Origin: Deltaproteobacteria bacterium
GTDB lineage: Bacteria > Desulfobacterota > JBBIRW01
Length of the DNA: 64,000 bases
Reading direction: 5' to 3'
Assembly (NCBI GenBank): GCA_037441565.1
Contig: JBBIRW010000005.1
Location: forward strand, 69,917 to 133,916
Shown here: in pieces, positions 1-11,906 of the stretch
Layout of the letters: each line of letters begins with the position of its first letter
Numbering within the stretch: the first letter of the stretch is position 1
The notes under the pieces: model-generated
Told to the model about the DNA's origin: nothing
Database searches by the model: none
What the model saw: the letters and a program-made list of their open reading frames with translations, nothing else
Position numbers and translations under genes: made by a program

Positions 1-83
1 TCTCCCCTCATAGGCTTCTATAAGGCTACCTGATAGAAGTATGATTGTTATTAAAAGGTTAAAAAATCCCATTCACGCCCCCA

Positions 84-1442
84 CTAAAAGAGCAATTCAA
101 TAAATTCCTTAATGCTTGAAACATCTATAATCTCCATGCCCCCCTCATATCTCAGTGCTTTTCTGTTTGCAGCAGGTATTATGCATCTCTTAAATCCCAT
201 CTTTGATGCCTCCCTTATCCTCATCTCACCCCTTACAACCCCCCTTACCTCACCAGCAAGACCAATCTCCCCAAATACAACCGTATCAGCAGGAATCGAT
301 TTGTCCAGAAAGCTACTTGCTGTTGCCGCAACTATACCCAGATCAACAGCGGGTTCATCAATTTTTACTCCACCTGTAACCTTTATAAATACATCATGCT
401 GGAAGAGTGGAAGACCCGCCTTCCTCTCGAGAACAGCAACAATAAGGGAAACACGATTGGGATCAATACCGATTGTTGTTCTCCTCGGCATTCCATATGG
501 ACTCTGTGAAAGGAGTGCCTGAATTTCAACAAGGATACTCCTTGTTCCCTCCATGGCAGCAACAACAACGGATCCCGATGCATTAATCGGTCTCTCAGAT
601 AGGAAAAACTCCGATGGATTTTTCACCTCCTCGAGACCGTTTTCCTTCATTTCAAATATACCTATCTCATTGGTTGAACCAAATCTGTTCTTAATCGCCC
701 TCAGTATTCTGTAAGGATAATTCCTTTCACCTTCAAAATAGAGCACAACGTCCACCATATGTTCCACAGCCTTTGGGCCTGCTATGGTGCCTTCTTTTGT
801 TACATGACCTACTATAAAAACAGGGATACCCATACCTTTTGCCAGATAAAGCATCCTGCCTGTTACTTCCCTTATCTGGCTTATACTTCCTGGCGGGGAT
901 TCCATAAAGGTTGAATAAACGGTCTGCATGGAATCAAGAACAACAAGCTCAGGCTTTATGTGTTTTATCTTTTCTAAAATAACCTCAAGTGATGTCTCGG
1001 CCATAACAAAAAGTGAACTAAAAGATATACCGATCCTCTCAGCCCTCATCCTTAACTGTGAGGAAGATTCCTCCGCCGATACGTAAAGGGCAACAGATCC
1101 CTGTGCTGCAAGCCTTCCCGCAACCTGAAGCATGAGTGTGGATTTACCTATACCCGGGTCACCCCCGATAAGTATTGCTGATCCCCTTACGATCCCTCCT
1201 CCAAGGGCCCTGTCCAGTTCTGATATCCCTGTCTTTATCCTTGCAGACTCACTTGCCGCTACCTCTGTGATAGGAATCGGTGGAGATGGTTTTCCGAAAC
1301 TTAACGACCCCGGTTTCGATACCTCTTCAACTTCCTCAACAATACTATTCCAATTGCGACATTCAGGACAGTTCCCCATCCACCTCGGTGTTCTGTAGCC
1401 ACATATCTGACACACATAATTACTTTTCTTTTTCACTTTCAC
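84..1442 (-). CDS. radA: DNA repair protein RadA/Sms
   Basis: N-terminal C4 zinc ribbon (CQICGYRTPRWMGNCPEC), Walker A GDPGIGKST, KNRFG motif, C-terminal Lon-protease-like domain. Confidence 0.95.
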   Translation of the reverse strand: MKVKKKSNYVCQICGYRTPRWMGNCPECRNWNSIVEEVEEVSKPGSLSFGKPSPPIPITEVAASESARIKTGISELDRALGGGIVRGSAILIGGDPGIGKSTLMLQVAGRLAAQGSVALYVSAEESSSQLRMRAERIGISFSSLFVMAETSLEVILEKIKHIKPELVVLDSMQTVYSTFMESPPGSISQIREVTGRMLYLAKGMGIPVFIVGHVTKEGTIAGPKAVEHMVDVVLYFEGERNYPYRILRAIKNRFGSTNEIGIFEMKENGLEEVKNPSEFFLSERPINASGSVVVAAMEGTRSILVEIQALLSQSPYGMPRRTTIGIDPNRVSLIVAVLERKAGLPLFQHDVFIKVTGGVKIDEPAVDLGIVAATASSFLDKSIPADTVVFGEIGLAGEVRGVVRGEMRIREASKMGFKRCIIPAANRKALRYEGGMEIIDVSSIKEFIELLF

Positions 1443-1490
1443 AGTCCTTTTATCACTTCTACATTATCGAAACCCTATGGTCAACGATAA

Positions 1491-3395
1491 TTATGCGGGC
1501 TCATTGATCAGAAATATGGATGAGAGGGGTGGCAGTGTGATCGATATTGAAAACGGCCTTCCGTGATATGGTATATCTTCAGCCTGTAGATCTTCCCTGT
1601 TTTTCATTCCACTTCCACCATATTCAATTCCATCACTGTTTAACACCTCCTTCCAGAAACCCTTTCTTGGAACACCTATACGATAGTTGAATCTCGGGAC
1701 AGGTGTAAAGTTGCACACAACAAGAACAATCCGATCCGTTGTCAAGCCCCTTCTTATAAATGATATGATGCTATTTTCCCAGTCAGAGAAATCGATCCAA
1801 TCAAAACCATTATGGCTGAATTCAAGTTCATGAAGGGCCTTCTCGTTTCTATAAAAGTGATTCAGATCCCTCACCCACCTTCTCACCCCCTCATGGGAGG
1901 GGTATTGCAATGCATGCCATTCAATGCTTTCGTCATGGTTCCACTCCTTCCACTGAGCAAACTCACCCCCCATAAAGATGAGCTTTTTCCCCGGATGACC
2001 GAACATATACCCGTACAGAAGTCTAAGGTTTGCATACTTCTGCCATTCATCCCCCGGCATCTTTCCATAAAGGGAGCCCTTACCGTGGACAACCTCGTCA
2101 TGAGAAAGAGGAAGGATAAAGTTTTCAGAAAAAGCATACCACATGCTGAATGTTAACAGATTGTGATGGTATTTTCTGTATATAGGATCTTTGGAGAAAT
2201 ACTCAAGGGTATCATGCATCCAGCCCATGTTCCATTTCATTCCAAATCCCAGGCCACCGAGATAGGCAGGCCTTGAAACCATCGGCCATGCTGTTGATTC
2301 CTCAGCAATTGTCTGCACATCTGGATAGGAACTGTAGATCACTTCATTCAGTTTCCTTATAAATGAAATTGCCTGAAGGTTTTCCCTTCCTCCATATTCA
2401 TTTGGTATCCACTCCCCCTCTTTTCGTGAATAATCGAGATAGAGCATGGAGGCAACAGCATCAACCCTTAAGGCATCAGCATGGTATTTATCAAACCAGA
2501 AAAGCGCACTGCTGATAAGAAAACTTCTTACTTCACTTCTTCCGTAATTGAAAATGCAGCTGTTCCAGTCGGGATGGTATCCCTTTCTTGGATCAGCATG
2601 TTCAAAGAGATGGGTGCCATCAAAAAATGAAAGCCCATGCCCATCAGAAGGAAAATGCGATGGAACCCAGTCAAGTATAACACCTATTCCGTTCCTGTGA
2701 AGAAAATCCACAAGATACATGAAATCCTGGGGTGTTCCATATCTTGATGAAGGTGAAAAATAACCTGTTACCTGATATCCCCATGAACCATAAAAGGGAT
2801 GTTCCATTACAGGAAGTAACTCCACATGGGTAAAACCCATTTCTTTGACATAATCTGCAAGCAGGTGGGCAATCTCCCTGTAGTTGAGAAATCTGTTACC
2901 TTCCTCAGGTACCCTCCTCCAGGATCCCAGATGAACCTCATAAATGGAAATGGGACTTCCAAGGCTATTCCTGTCCTTTCTATCTGCCATCCATGCTGAA
3001 TCCTTCCATTCATAATGGAGATGCCAGACGATGGATGCAGTCCCTGGTGGCAATTCAGATCTAAATGCCATGGGATCAGCCTTATCCACGCAGTAGTCTC
3101 CATACCGGGAAGTGATATGATATTTGTAAAGTGATCCGGCACCGATTCCAGGGACAAAGCCTTCCCATATGCCTGATCCATCATTGCGAAGCCTCAACGG
3201 GTGAGATCCCTTATCCCAGTTATTAAAATCCCCTATTACTGAAACGTATTTTGCATTTGGTGCCCAGAGGGCAAAATAAACGCCGCTTTTTCCATTACAA
3301 TTAACTAAATGTGAGCCCAGCTTCTCATAAAGCCTGAAATGGTTCCCCTGTTTGAAAAGATATATGTCATATTCTGTAAAAAGGCTGAAATCCAT
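1491..3395 (-). CDS. glgB: 1,4-alpha-glucan branching enzyme (GH13)
   Basis: GH13 motifs [51 protein letters not shown]. The track ORF extends to 3467. I prefer the internal ATG (MDFSLFTEY...) at 3395, which removes the overlap with malQ (stop at 3400). Confidence 0.92.
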   Translation of the reverse strand: MDFSLFTEYDIYLFKQGNHFRLYEKLGSHLVNCNGKSGVYFALWAPNAKYVSVIGDFNNWDKGSHPLRLRNDGSGIWEGFVPGIGAGSLYKYHITSRYGDYCVDKADPMAFRSELPPGTASIVWHLHYEWKDSAWMADRKDRNSLGSPISIYEVHLGSWRRVPEEGNRFLNYREIAHLLADYVKEMGFTHVELLPVMEHPFYGSWGYQVTGYFSPSSRYGTPQDFMYLVDFLHRNGIGVILDWVPSHFPSDGHGLSFFDGTHLFEHADPRKGYHPDWNSCIFNYGRSEVRSFLISSALFWFDKYHADALRVDAVASMLYLDYSRKEGEWIPNEYGGRENLQAISFIRKLNEVIYSSYPDVQTIAEESTAWPMVSRPAYLGGLGFGMKWNMGWMHDTLEYFSKDPIYRKYHHNLLTFSMWYAFSENFILPLSHDEVVHGKGSLYGKMPGDEWQKYANLRLLYGYMFGHPGKKLIFMGGEFAQWKEWNHDESIEWHALQYPSHEGVRRWVRDLNHFYRNEKALHELEFSHNGFDWIDFSDWENSIISFIRRGLTTDRIVLVVCNFTPVPRFNYRIGVPRKGFWKEVLNSDGIEYGGSGMKNREDLQAEDIPYHGRPFSISITLPPLSSIFLINEPA

Positions 3396-3399
3396 TTTA

Positions 3400-5583
3400 T
3401 CAGCGCGATGTTTCTTTGAATATAGAGGCGATTTCAAAAAATCTCCTATCAGTGAACAGCTCCTCAAGTATCATGGGAATTCTACGCATCCAGTTGGGAT
3501 GAAGCGCTGGATCCGTGCCTGGAATATTCTGTTGCTCCAGAATCCCTATAATATCCTCTATGTTTACAGATAGCAACCTGGAAGGAGTCATCGATAGAAA
3601 CCTGTATATAGCCTTGCAAAGCTCATCGTTCATCTCCGGGAAAGTGCCCCTTCCATCATTAGGGGGTTCAGAATATATCCCACTGGAGATCAGTGCTGAA
3701 ATTATGAGCATTTTATCCCTGTCTCTATCCTTGAGAAGCTTTGAAAAAGTGACGTCATCCCTGATCACACGAAGTTGCCTTTTCATCTTCAGGTCATATC
3801 CATTCCAGTATCCATAAAGCGTGGGAAGATCATGTGTTGTTACCATACATATTGACATCTCAGGATAACTTTCTGGTGGCTTGAATGATGGATCCGGATA
3901 GTTTCTTTCGAAATAAAATACCTTCGAAGACAGCATCCCATACCTTCTGAATGCATCCCTCATCTCATCCGTTACTGTTCCGAGATCTTCAACTATAATC
4001 ATTGTCCTGTTACGAACGCTCTCGAGGGCAATAATCTTCAAAAGATCCTCAGAAGGGTAAACCACATAGGCCCCATCCTTTGCTGACATTCCTTCAGGTA
4101 TCCAGAAAAGCCTGAATAGAGATGCTGCATGATCAATCCTGAGGGCTCCACTGTTTCTCATATTGTTTCTGAACGTCTTTATAAAAATCTCATATCCTGT
4201 CTCTTTCAATCTTTCAGGTATCAGTGGAGGCATTCCCCATATCTGACCTTCAGGATTGAAATCATCGGGAGGGGATCCGATACTTACCCCCCCAGCAACA
4301 ATATCCCTCCAGCGCCAGGCATCAAATCCTTTACCATCAAAGCCAACTGCCAGATCCTGATATATACCCACGGATAATCCCAGATCTTTAGCAATTTGCG
4401 ATACCTCTTCCATCTGTTCATCTATAATCCATTGGACAAACTTATAAAAGAGCAACTCCTTTTCTACATCCCTCAGTAAATTGCCCTTTTCAAAATCTGT
4501 GGAAACACTGTATTTAAAATTCTCCCTCATACAGGTTAGAAACAGGGAGAACATCTGAAGGTCCTCATCCTGCGATGAGATAAACTTTCTAAATTTCAAT
4601 GCCCGCTCACTGTTATTCACATAGTGTTTCTCATAAAAAATGTTAAATGCAATCCTTAAGAAATCCTCCTTTATTTTTGCTACCTTTTCATAATCAACAA
4701 AAAGTGCCTGTCTTAACTCCTCCAGTTTTTGACGAAATTCAGGTGAATTTATGATCCCCTGTGCCTCCATCGACTCCTTTATCTCCGGTATGCTCTCAAT
4801 ATCTATGTAAATAAAATTTCTGTATAGTCTGCTCATAGGATAGTAAGGGCTAATACCATCGGTCATCCTGTTAGGCAATGCATGCATTGGATTTATCCCG
4901 ATAAAGCCACCACCTAAATTCCAGATCCAGCGGATCATATCCTTAAGATCTGTAAAGTCACCTATCCCCCAGGAACGGGAGGATGTTATGGAATAGAGTT
5001 GAAGTGAAACCCCCCACGTTTTTTTATTCATTAATTTGCTGTTAAGATAGCATTTATCTGGCGCAATAATTAGAATTCCTGACCTCTCTAAAATATCTCC
5101 ATATCCCCTTTTACATCTCATGTGGATCCTGTAATATCCCATGTTTAATATCATTCCAATTTTCATGTTTACTTTCATATATCCCGCATTTCCTATCCAG
5201 TGTGGTCCAGAAATATTGAGATCACTTACCTTTACTATATATTCATGTTTCCCACCATTTTCATCTTCAATAATAATAAAAAATTCCAGTTTACCTTCAT
5301 CACCTTCATAGGGAACATAGACAGTTAGAGGAATAGGCTGCTCACTTTCAGATAAAACCCTTACGGGTTCCATAAACCCTCTGAAGACTGTCAACCTTCT
5401 TTCCTCTATCTCCCTTTTCACATCCTCGGGGGAATCTATGTTTATCTTCATCGCCTTCAATACCTTTTTCTTGGTTTCTAATGATGTTATATGTCTTCTT
5501 CCAGAGATGTCATAATATTCAGGCAAAATACCGCAGAGATTCGATAATTCTTCTATCAATGCCTCGTATTCCTTATCGTTCAT
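3400..5583 (-). CDS. malQ: 4-alpha-glucanotransferase (amylomaltase, GH77), long form with N-terminal extension
   Basis: GH77 signatures [33 protein letters not shown], with about 200 aa of N-terminal extension. Adjacent to glgB. Confidence 0.9.
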   Translation of the reverse strand: MNDKEYEALIEELSNLCGILPEYYDISGRRHITSLETKKKVLKAMKINIDSPEDVKREIEERRLTVFRGFMEPVRVLSESEQPIPLTVYVPYEGDEGKLEFFIIIEDENGGKHEYIVKVSDLNISGPHWIGNAGYMKVNMKIGMILNMGYYRIHMRCKRGYGDILERSGILIIAPDKCYLNSKLMNKKTWGVSLQLYSITSSRSWGIGDFTDLKDMIRWIWNLGGGFIGINPMHALPNRMTDGISPYYPMSRLYRNFIYIDIESIPEIKESMEAQGIINSPEFRQKLEELRQALFVDYEKVAKIKEDFLRIAFNIFYEKHYVNNSERALKFRKFISSQDEDLQMFSLFLTCMRENFKYSVSTDFEKGNLLRDVEKELLFYKFVQWIIDEQMEEVSQIAKDLGLSVGIYQDLAVGFDGKGFDAWRWRDIVAGGVSIGSPPDDFNPEGQIWGMPPLIPERLKETGYEIFIKTFRNNMRNSGALRIDHAASLFRLFWIPEGMSAKDGAYVVYPSEDLLKIIALESVRNRTMIIVEDLGTVTDEMRDAFRRYGMLSSKVFYFERNYPDPSFKPPESYPEMSICMVTTHDLPTLYGYWNGYDLKMKRQLRVIRDDVTFSKLLKDRDRDKMLIISALISSGIYSEPPNDGRGTFPEMNDELCKAIYRFLSMTPSRLLSVNIEDIIGILEQQNIPGTDPALHPNWMRRIPMILEELFTDRRFFEIASIFKETSR

Positions 5584-5598
5584 AAATTTAATTGATAA

Positions 5599-6837
5599 CT
5601 ATGATTTAATCTTTATGTAGACATCCTCAATGGACCTGTTTGTTCCTTTGTAAACTACAAAAATACACCTCTCATCTTCCCACTTTTCACCTTGCTTCGG
5701 TATCCTTTCAAACTTTTCAAGAAGAAATCCACCGAGCGTCTCGTAATCTCCTTCAGGAATATCAATTCCAAGAACCTCTCGAACAGTTCCTATCTTAATC
5801 TTTGCCTTAACTATATACTCCTGCGAGCTTATCCTCTTTACAGGCTGCTCTTCCCTGTCATGCTCATCCCTTATCTCACCGACGAGCTCCTCGAGTATAT
5901 CTTCAATGGTAACAATACCCTCTGCCCCGCCATATTCATCAACAACAACTGCCATATGAATCCCGTTTCTTCTCATTATAAGAAGGAGTTCATCGATTGG
6001 TGTAACCTCAGGAACATAGTAGGCTGGCCTTACAAGAGGCTTTATAGGTTCACTCTTTGAGGATGCCTTAAGAAGATCAAAGCTGTAAAGAATTCCCACA
6101 ATCTGATCAACCCTCTCCTGATATACAGGTATTCTCGAATAACCCTTTTGAGCAACAATCTTGATAGCCTCCTCAACTGTTTCCCATTCACCAATTACAG
6201 TAACCTCGATAAGAGGGATCATAACTTCTTTTACTGTTGTTTCGGAGAAGGTGAATATTCTGTGGATCATCCTTTTCTCAAGTTCCTTACTGCTCTTTTC
6301 ATTTTTAAGAAAATGTCTGAATATGGACTTTATCTCATCCTTTGTGAGTATGGGTCCTGTGCCTGTTATTCGCCTCACAGGTAAAAGGACGAAATCAACG
6401 AGCTTTTTCAAAGATCCTATTAAAGGAAATAAAACACGGGAGAAAAATGAAATCGGGAAAGAAACCTTGGGTGCTATGGTGTCTGCATACTGCTGAAATA
6501 TTGTTTTGGGAATAAATTCTCCACAAAGCAGTATAACAGGATAAATAAAGATAATAACAAGAAATTCTCTCCCTTTGCCCAGATAATTTATTGCAAGATA
6601 TGTTGCTATTGTTGTTGACAGAACCACGGATAGATTTGTTCCAACAAGTGTGGAAACAAGTATATTTTCAGGATTCTCCCACAATTCCAGAAGTTTTTTT
6701 GCACCCTTTGAGCCAAGATTTGCCTTATACCTCATCCTGATTTTATCGCATGAAACTATAGCAATCTCTGAACCAGAAAAGAATGCTTCAGTAATTATGA
6801 ATAGAATAACAAGCAAAAGCCACTTCATCTCATCCAT
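5599..6837 (-). CDS. CNNM/CorC-type transporter-associated protein (DUF21 membrane domain, CBS pair, CorC_HlyC domain)
   Basis: N-terminal TM region with FFSGSEIA, tandem CBS region, C-terminal DEYGG..GIVTIEDILEELVGEI motif. Paralog of the upstream gene. Confidence 0.85.
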   Translation of the reverse strand: MDEMKWLLLVILFIITEAFFSGSEIAIVSCDKIRMRYKANLGSKGAKKLLELWENPENILVSTLVGTNLSVVLSTTIATYLAINYLGKGREFLVIIFIYPVILLCGEFIPKTIFQQYADTIAPKVSFPISFFSRVLFPLIGSLKKLVDFVLLPVRRITGTGPILTKDEIKSIFRHFLKNEKSSKELEKRMIHRIFTFSETTVKEVMIPLIEVTVIGEWETVEEAIKIVAQKGYSRIPVYQERVDQIVGILYSFDLLKASSKSEPIKPLVRPAYYVPEVTPIDELLLIMRRNGIHMAVVVDEYGGAEGIVTIEDILEELVGEIRDEHDREEQPVKRISSQEYIVKAKIKIGTVREVLGIDIPEGDYETLGGFLLEKFERIPKQGEKWEDERCIFVVYKGTNRSIEDVYIKIKS

Positions 6838-8095
6838 TTATACCACCCTTTATAAATCTGACCTCAAGGATCCTTGTTCTCTTAATCTTTTCTATGATGA
6901 ATTTCATCCCCCTGTATTCCACAGATTCATCCTTTCGAGGAAGCCTTCCGAAGAGGTAAAGAACAAAACCCCCAAGGGTCTCAAAGCCCTCTTCCGGTAA
7001 AGAAAGGTTAAATATTTTATTGAAGTCATCTATTGGAACCTTAGCTTTCACTATATATTCTCCATCTGATACCTTCTCGATCATAGAATCAATCGACTCA
7101 CCCTCTCCCCTTATCTCACCAAAAAGTTCCTCAAGGAGATCTTCCATGGTAACAATGCCTGCAAATCCACCGTATTCATCAACAACGATTGCCATATGCA
7201 TCCTCTTCTGGTTAAATTCGTTAAAAAGATCATATGCCTTCTTTGTTTTTGGAATAAAATAAGGGGGTCTTAACATATCCTTTAATGAGCCAGCCTTTGC
7301 TGAAGCTCCACCGAAGCCGAAAACGAGGAGATCCTTTGTATGAAGTATACCTATGATATTGTCAGGATAGTTTTTGTATATGGGTATCCTTGAGAACTTC
7401 CTTTTTGATACCTCCTCTATTATCTTTTCAAGATTGAGATCATAGGATAGAGAAAAGACATCTGTCCTCGGGGTCATAATTTCAGAAACCTTTGTTTCTC
7501 CAAATTCAAAGACTTTATAGATAAGATCTTTTTCCCCGGGATCAAGCACGCCCTCTTTTTCTCCTATATCAACAATAAACTTTATCTCCTCCTCTGTGAG
7601 AAGCTTATCCCCCCTGTCCACCCTCGGAAAAACATTAACAATGAAACTGGAGATCTTCAAAAGCAGTGCACGAACAGGAAACACAAGTTTGTAAAAAAGA
7701 TAAACAGGAGGTGCAAGAAAAGGTGAAATCCTGTCTGCATATTTAACACCCACTGTTTTCGGGATCAACTCTCCAAAAAGCAGGATAAGAGGCGTTATTA
7801 TGAGAACAGAAACCCACTTTCCCTTTACTCCGAAAGCATCAATACAGATTGATGCCATAAGAACTGATGCGGATATGTTTACGAATTCATTTCCCACCAG
7901 GATCGATACTATCAGCCCAGCTGGATTCTCAAGAAGCATTCTCAAATATTTTCCATATCCCCGATCTTGCTCACTGGGGATGGTGCGCATCTTTGTTCCA
8001 ATGGAGAAGAGGGCCGATTCAGAGCCTGAAAAGAAACCCGAAAGGATGATTAAAAATATTAAAAGTTCGATTTTTATGAGAATCGATATTTCCAT
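6830..8095 (-). CDS. CNNM/CorC-type transporter-associated protein (DUF21-CBS-CorC_HlyC), paralog 1
   Basis: FFSGSESALFS, CBS pair, DEYGGFAGIVTMEDLLEELFGEI. Overlaps the downstream paralog by 8 nt. Confidence 0.85.
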   Translation of the reverse strand: MEISILIKIELLIFLIILSGFFSGSESALFSIGTKMRTIPSEQDRGYGKYLRMLLENPAGLIVSILVGNEFVNISASVLMASICIDAFGVKGKWVSVLIITPLILLFGELIPKTVGVKYADRISPFLAPPVYLFYKLVFPVRALLLKISSFIVNVFPRVDRGDKLLTEEEIKFIVDIGEKEGVLDPGEKDLIYKVFEFGETKVSEIMTPRTDVFSLSYDLNLEKIIEEVSKRKFSRIPIYKNYPDNIIGILHTKDLLVFGFGGASAKAGSLKDMLRPPYFIPKTKKAYDLFNEFNQKRMHMAIVVDEYGGFAGIVTMEDLLEELFGEIRGEGESIDSMIEKVSDGEYIVKAKVPIDDFNKIFNLSLPEEGFETLGGFVLYLFGRLPRKDESVEYRGMKFIIEKIKRTRILEVRFIKGGING

Positions 8096-9087
8096 CAGGG
8101 GATCAAAAAATGGTTGTAACCCTTTGGAGGGAGATCGATAACCTCACCTTTTTTATCTAAGATCCTTAATCCCTTCTCTCCCTCTATAACGCCGATTTCA
8201 GTTATAGAAGTTTCAAAATGCCTTTGAAATTCCTTTATAAACTGCTCTTTCTTCCGGGATGAAACCGTAAAGAGTAATTCATAATCCTCACCACCTGATA
8301 GCACACAATCCCAGAGTCCCTCTTTCATCTCTTCCCTTATCCTTAAAAAAGATTTTGAAAGCGGTATCCGTTCCAGCCATAATGTTGCACCCTTTTTGCT
8401 CGATTCAAGTATGTGGCTCAGATCCTGCAAAAGTCCATCGCTTATATCTATCATTGATGTTGCAAACCCCTTTTTTGCAATAAACGATCCCTCCTTTACC
8501 CTCGGTTGCACCTCGATGTGCCTGAGCACCACCTCATCCTCGCCTTTTATCCACCCCATCCCCTTTTCCTCAAGGATCTTTAATCCCAGTGAAGAATCAC
8601 CAATTGTTCCTGTAACGAATATAGCATCCCCCTCTTCCGCACCGCTTCTTGTTACAAAGGCATCTGAAAAACCAATCATTGTTATGTTTATCATCATTTT
8701 GTTTGACGAAGACATGTCCCCCCCGATAAGGTAAACACCAAAGCTTTCTGCCATATGCTTCATACCCATATTAAACTCATCGATGAAATCAAGCTCAGTC
8801 TGGGGACTTAATGCTATAGAAAGCAGGAAATATCTTGGCTCTCCACCCATTGCGGCTATATCACTCAAATTAACAGCAACAGCCTTCTTACCAAGCTGAT
8901 AAGGGGTAATGTAGTCAAGCTTGAAATGAACATCCTCGATGAGGAGATCAGTTGTGAGGAGAATATATCTCTCCCCGCATTTTATTACACCAGCATCATC
9001 ACCGATACCAACTATAGCATCTCCCTTGTTCCATCCCTCCGAAATCCTCTTTATAAGATTGAACTCTCCAAATCGACCGATTTCCAT
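8095..9087 (-). CDS. thiL: thiamine-monophosphate kinase
   Basis: AIR-synthase-like N-terminus GEFNLI..IGDDAGV...TTDLLIEDVHF and C-terminal GGEDYELLFT. Confidence 0.9.
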   Translation of the reverse strand: MEIGRFGEFNLIKRISEGWNKGDAIVGIGDDAGVIKCGERYILLTTDLLIEDVHFKLDYITPYQLGKKAVAVNLSDIAAMGGEPRYFLLSIALSPQTELDFIDEFNMGMKHMAESFGVYLIGGDMSSSNKMMINITMIGFSDAFVTRSGAEEGDAIFVTGTIGDSSLGLKILEEKGMGWIKGEDEVVLRHIEVQPRVKEGSFIAKKGFATSMIDISDGLLQDLSHILESSKKGATLWLERIPLSKSFLRIREEMKEGLWDCVLSGGEDYELLFTVSSRKKEQFIKEFQRHFETSITEIGVIEGEKGLRILDKKGEVIDLPPKGYNHFLIP

Positions 9088-11483
9088 CAGATTGTTTTTA
9101 CCCTGGGTGTTTGTCCTGAGATCCCTGCGGATTTAATAATAGGGGTTTTGAAAGCAACATCAAGAATCTCATCCATATGCTTTACAATCCTAAATTCCAT
9201 CTTCTTCCTTATATTGGAGGGAACCTCCTCAATATCCTTCTCATTCTTTTCGGGTATGATCATACATTTTATCCCCGATCTTGCAGCAGCGAGCGCCTTT
9301 TCCTTAATACCACCCACAGGAAGAACCCTTCCCCTGAGCGTAACCTCCCCTGTCATTGCAATATCCCTCTTTACAGGAATCTTCAGAAGTGCAGATATAA
9401 GTGCAGTTGCCATTGTTACACCCGCAGAGGGCCCATCCTTTGGAATAGCGCCTGCAGGAACATGTATGTGGATGTCCATTTTTGAAAAATCCTCTTTCCT
9501 GTCCCACTCCATCATCTTTGCCCTTGCATAGCTTAAAGCTGCCTGAGCAGATTCTTTCATAACCTCTCCGAGATGACCGGTGAGAATGAGGTTCCCTTTA
9601 CCCTTGAGGATTGTTGCCTCAACATAAAGAATGTCTCCACCACTTTCTGTCCAGGCAAGACCTGTAGCCACACCTATCTCATCCCTTTCCTGCTCTGTCT
9701 CTGGAAGGAAGCGAGGTGGGCCAAGGAATTTAAAAAGATTATTTGCATTTATATTAACGATCCCCTTTTTACCCTCAGCAATCATCTTCGCTACCTTTCT
9801 ACAGATTGTGGCTATCTCCCTTTCAAGATTTCTCAATCCCGCTTCCTTTGTGTACTCAAGGATTATCTTCATGATGGCCTTCGGAGAGATACTCAGGTGC
9901 TTATTTGTAAGACCATGTTCCTTGAGCTGTTTCGGAATAAGAAAATCCATTGCAATCTTTAGTTTTTCCTCTTCTGTGTATCCAGCAAGCCTTATTATCT
10001 CCATCCTATCCTTAAGGGCAGGAAGAATGGGATCAACAAGATTGGCAGTGGTGATAAACATAACCTTCGAAAGGTCAAAAGGCACACCAAGATAATGATC
10101 GCTAAAGGAAAAGTTCTGCTCAGGATCAAGAACCTCAAGAAGTGCTGCGGATGGGTCCCCTCTAAAATCTGCACCTATCTTGTCCACCTCATCAAGCATA
10201 AATACAGGATTGTTTGTGCCTGCCTGCTTGATACCCTGAATAATCCTTCCTGGTAATGCCCCAACATAAGTTCTCCTGTGACCTCTGATCTCTGCTTCAT
10301 CATGCACACCACCCAGTGAGATCCTGACAAACTTCCTTCCAAGTGCCCTTGCAATAGATTTTCCAAGGGATGTCTTACCCACACCTGGAGGTCCAACAAA
10401 GCAAAGGATGGGACCTTTCATATCCTTCTTGAGCTTTCTTACTGCAAGGTATTCAAGGATTCTTTCTTTCACCTTTTCAAGATCATAGTGATCCTCATCA
10501 AGGACCTTCTTTGCCTTTTTGAGGTCAAGATTATCCTTTGTTGATCTACTCCAGGGAAGCTCCACAAGCCAGTCAAGGTATGTCCTTACAATGGCTGCTT
10601 CTGCAGACTCTGGATGCATCTGTTCGAGTCTCCCCAGTTGCTTCAATGCCTCCTTCTCTACCTCAGCAGGCATTCTTGCCTTTTTAATCTTTTCCCTGAA
10701 TTCCTGGATCTCCTCATCCCTTGCATCAAGCTCACCCAACTCCTGTTTAATAGCCCTCAATTGCTCCCTGAGGAAGTATTCCCTCTGACTCTTACTTATC
10801 TCTTCCTTCGCCTGGGATGCAATCTTTGCCTGCATTTCGGATACTTCTATTTCGCGGACAAGGATTTCATTTATCTTATGAAGCCTTTCAATAGGGCTTA
10901 TAATTTCAAGGACCTTCTGGGATTCCTCAATCTTAAGCCTCAGATTTGATGCAACAATATCAGCAAGCATGCCCGGATCGGATATATTATCTGTAATCAT
11001 GCTTAATTCTGCAGGAAGACTTCTCAGGGTAAGTATCCTTTCAACCCTTTCCTTAACAGTTCTGAGTAATGCCTCGACCTCCAGTGATATCTCGCTGGGC
11101 TGTTTTTCAACAATCCTTTCCACCCTTACCCTGTAGCAAGGTTTATAATCTGTATAGGAAATTATCCTGCCTCTGGATATACCCTGTATCAGTATCTTTA
11201 CCCTTCCATCGGGCAGTTTAAGCATCTTCAGGATAGTGGCTATGGTTCCCATTGAAAAGATCTCATCAGGGTTGGGGTTTTCTATTGTGGGATCCTTCTG
11301 CGTTGCAAGAAAAATGAGCCTGTCCCTTGATAGTGACTCATCAACTGCCCTTATCGAGCTTTCTCTTCCCACAAAAAGAGGTATGGTCATGTATGGGAAG
11401 ACTACTATATCCCTTACTGGAAGGAGTGGGAGAAATTCCGGCACCTCCAGTATCTTTTTTTCTTCATCAAATTTCTCTTCCAT
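9087..11483 (-). CDS. lon: ATP-dependent Lon protease
   Basis: LON N-domain, AAA+ Walker A GPPGVGKTS, catalytic Ser in PKDGPSAGVTM. Confidence 0.97.
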   Translation of the reverse strand: MEEKFDEEKKILEVPEFLPLLPVRDIVVFPYMTIPLFVGRESSIRAVDESLSRDRLIFLATQKDPTIENPNPDEIFSMGTIATILKMLKLPDGRVKILIQGISRGRIISYTDYKPCYRVRVERIVEKQPSEISLEVEALLRTVKERVERILTLRSLPAELSMITDNISDPGMLADIVASNLRLKIEESQKVLEIISPIERLHKINEILVREIEVSEMQAKIASQAKEEISKSQREYFLREQLRAIKQELGELDARDEEIQEFREKIKKARMPAEVEKEALKQLGRLEQMHPESAEAAIVRTYLDWLVELPWSRSTKDNLDLKKAKKVLDEDHYDLEKVKERILEYLAVRKLKKDMKGPILCFVGPPGVGKTSLGKSIARALGRKFVRISLGGVHDEAEIRGHRRTYVGALPGRIIQGIKQAGTNNPVFMLDEVDKIGADFRGDPSAALLEVLDPEQNFSFSDHYLGVPFDLSKVMFITTANLVDPILPALKDRMEIIRLAGYTEEEKLKIAMDFLIPKQLKEHGLTNKHLSISPKAIMKIILEYTKEAGLRNLEREIATICRKVAKMIAEGKKGIVNINANNLFKFLGPPRFLPETEQERDEIGVATGLAWTESGGDILYVEATILKGKGNLILTGHLGEVMKESAQAALSYARAKMMEWDRKEDFSKMDIHIHVPAGAIPKDGPSAGVTMATALISALLKIPVKRDIAMTGEVTLRGRVLPVGGIKEKALAAARSGIKCMIIPEKNEKDIEEVPSNIRKKMEFRIVKHMDEILDVAFKTPIIKSAGISGQTPRVKTI

Positions 11484-11902
11484 TAATCCTCCTGTATTCT
11501 TATCTTTCTTTTTACCGATAGAGGTTCTTTTATCTTCGGAATGGCAATAATCATCACTCCGTTCCTGTAGATTGCCTTTATCTGGGAGGGATCAGGAATC
11601 CATGGAAGCTCCACTATCCTCTTGAATTTTCCGAAACACCTCTCTGCGCAATGATAGTTCCTCTTCTCACCAGCTGTATCCTCAACCTTTTTACCCATAA
11701 GGATTAGCAAATTTTCATAAATAAAAAGCTCAACGTCATCCTTCCTTACACCTGCGAGCTCAGCCTCGATAAAGAGGGTATCCCTTCTTTCAAATACATC
11801 AATGCACGGATAGGGGATAAGGGGCTCCTCCTCTGGAAGGACGCTTCCCCTGATAACGGCAAAATACCATTCCACCTCTTCGCTGATAATCTCTATCCGC
11901 AT
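11483..11902 (-). CDS. Hsp20/alpha-crystallin family small heat-shock protein
   Basis: Alpha-crystallin-like core (DVFERRDTLFIEAELAGVRKDDVEL ... GKFKRIVELP ... YRNGVMIIAIPK). Its stop shares 1 nt with the lon start. Confidence 0.8.
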   Translation of the reverse strand: MRIEIISEEVEWYFAVIRGSVLPEEEPLIPYPCIDVFERRDTLFIEAELAGVRKDDVELFIYENLLILMGKKVEDTAGEKRNYHCAERCFGKFKRIVELPWIPDPSQIKAIYRNGVMIIAIPKIKEPLSVKRKIRIQED

Positions 11903-11906
11903 AATC

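Noticed and set aside
9088-9100. TPP riboswitch associated with thiL.
   Set aside because: The thiL start overlaps the lon stop by 1 nt, so no untranslated leader exists.
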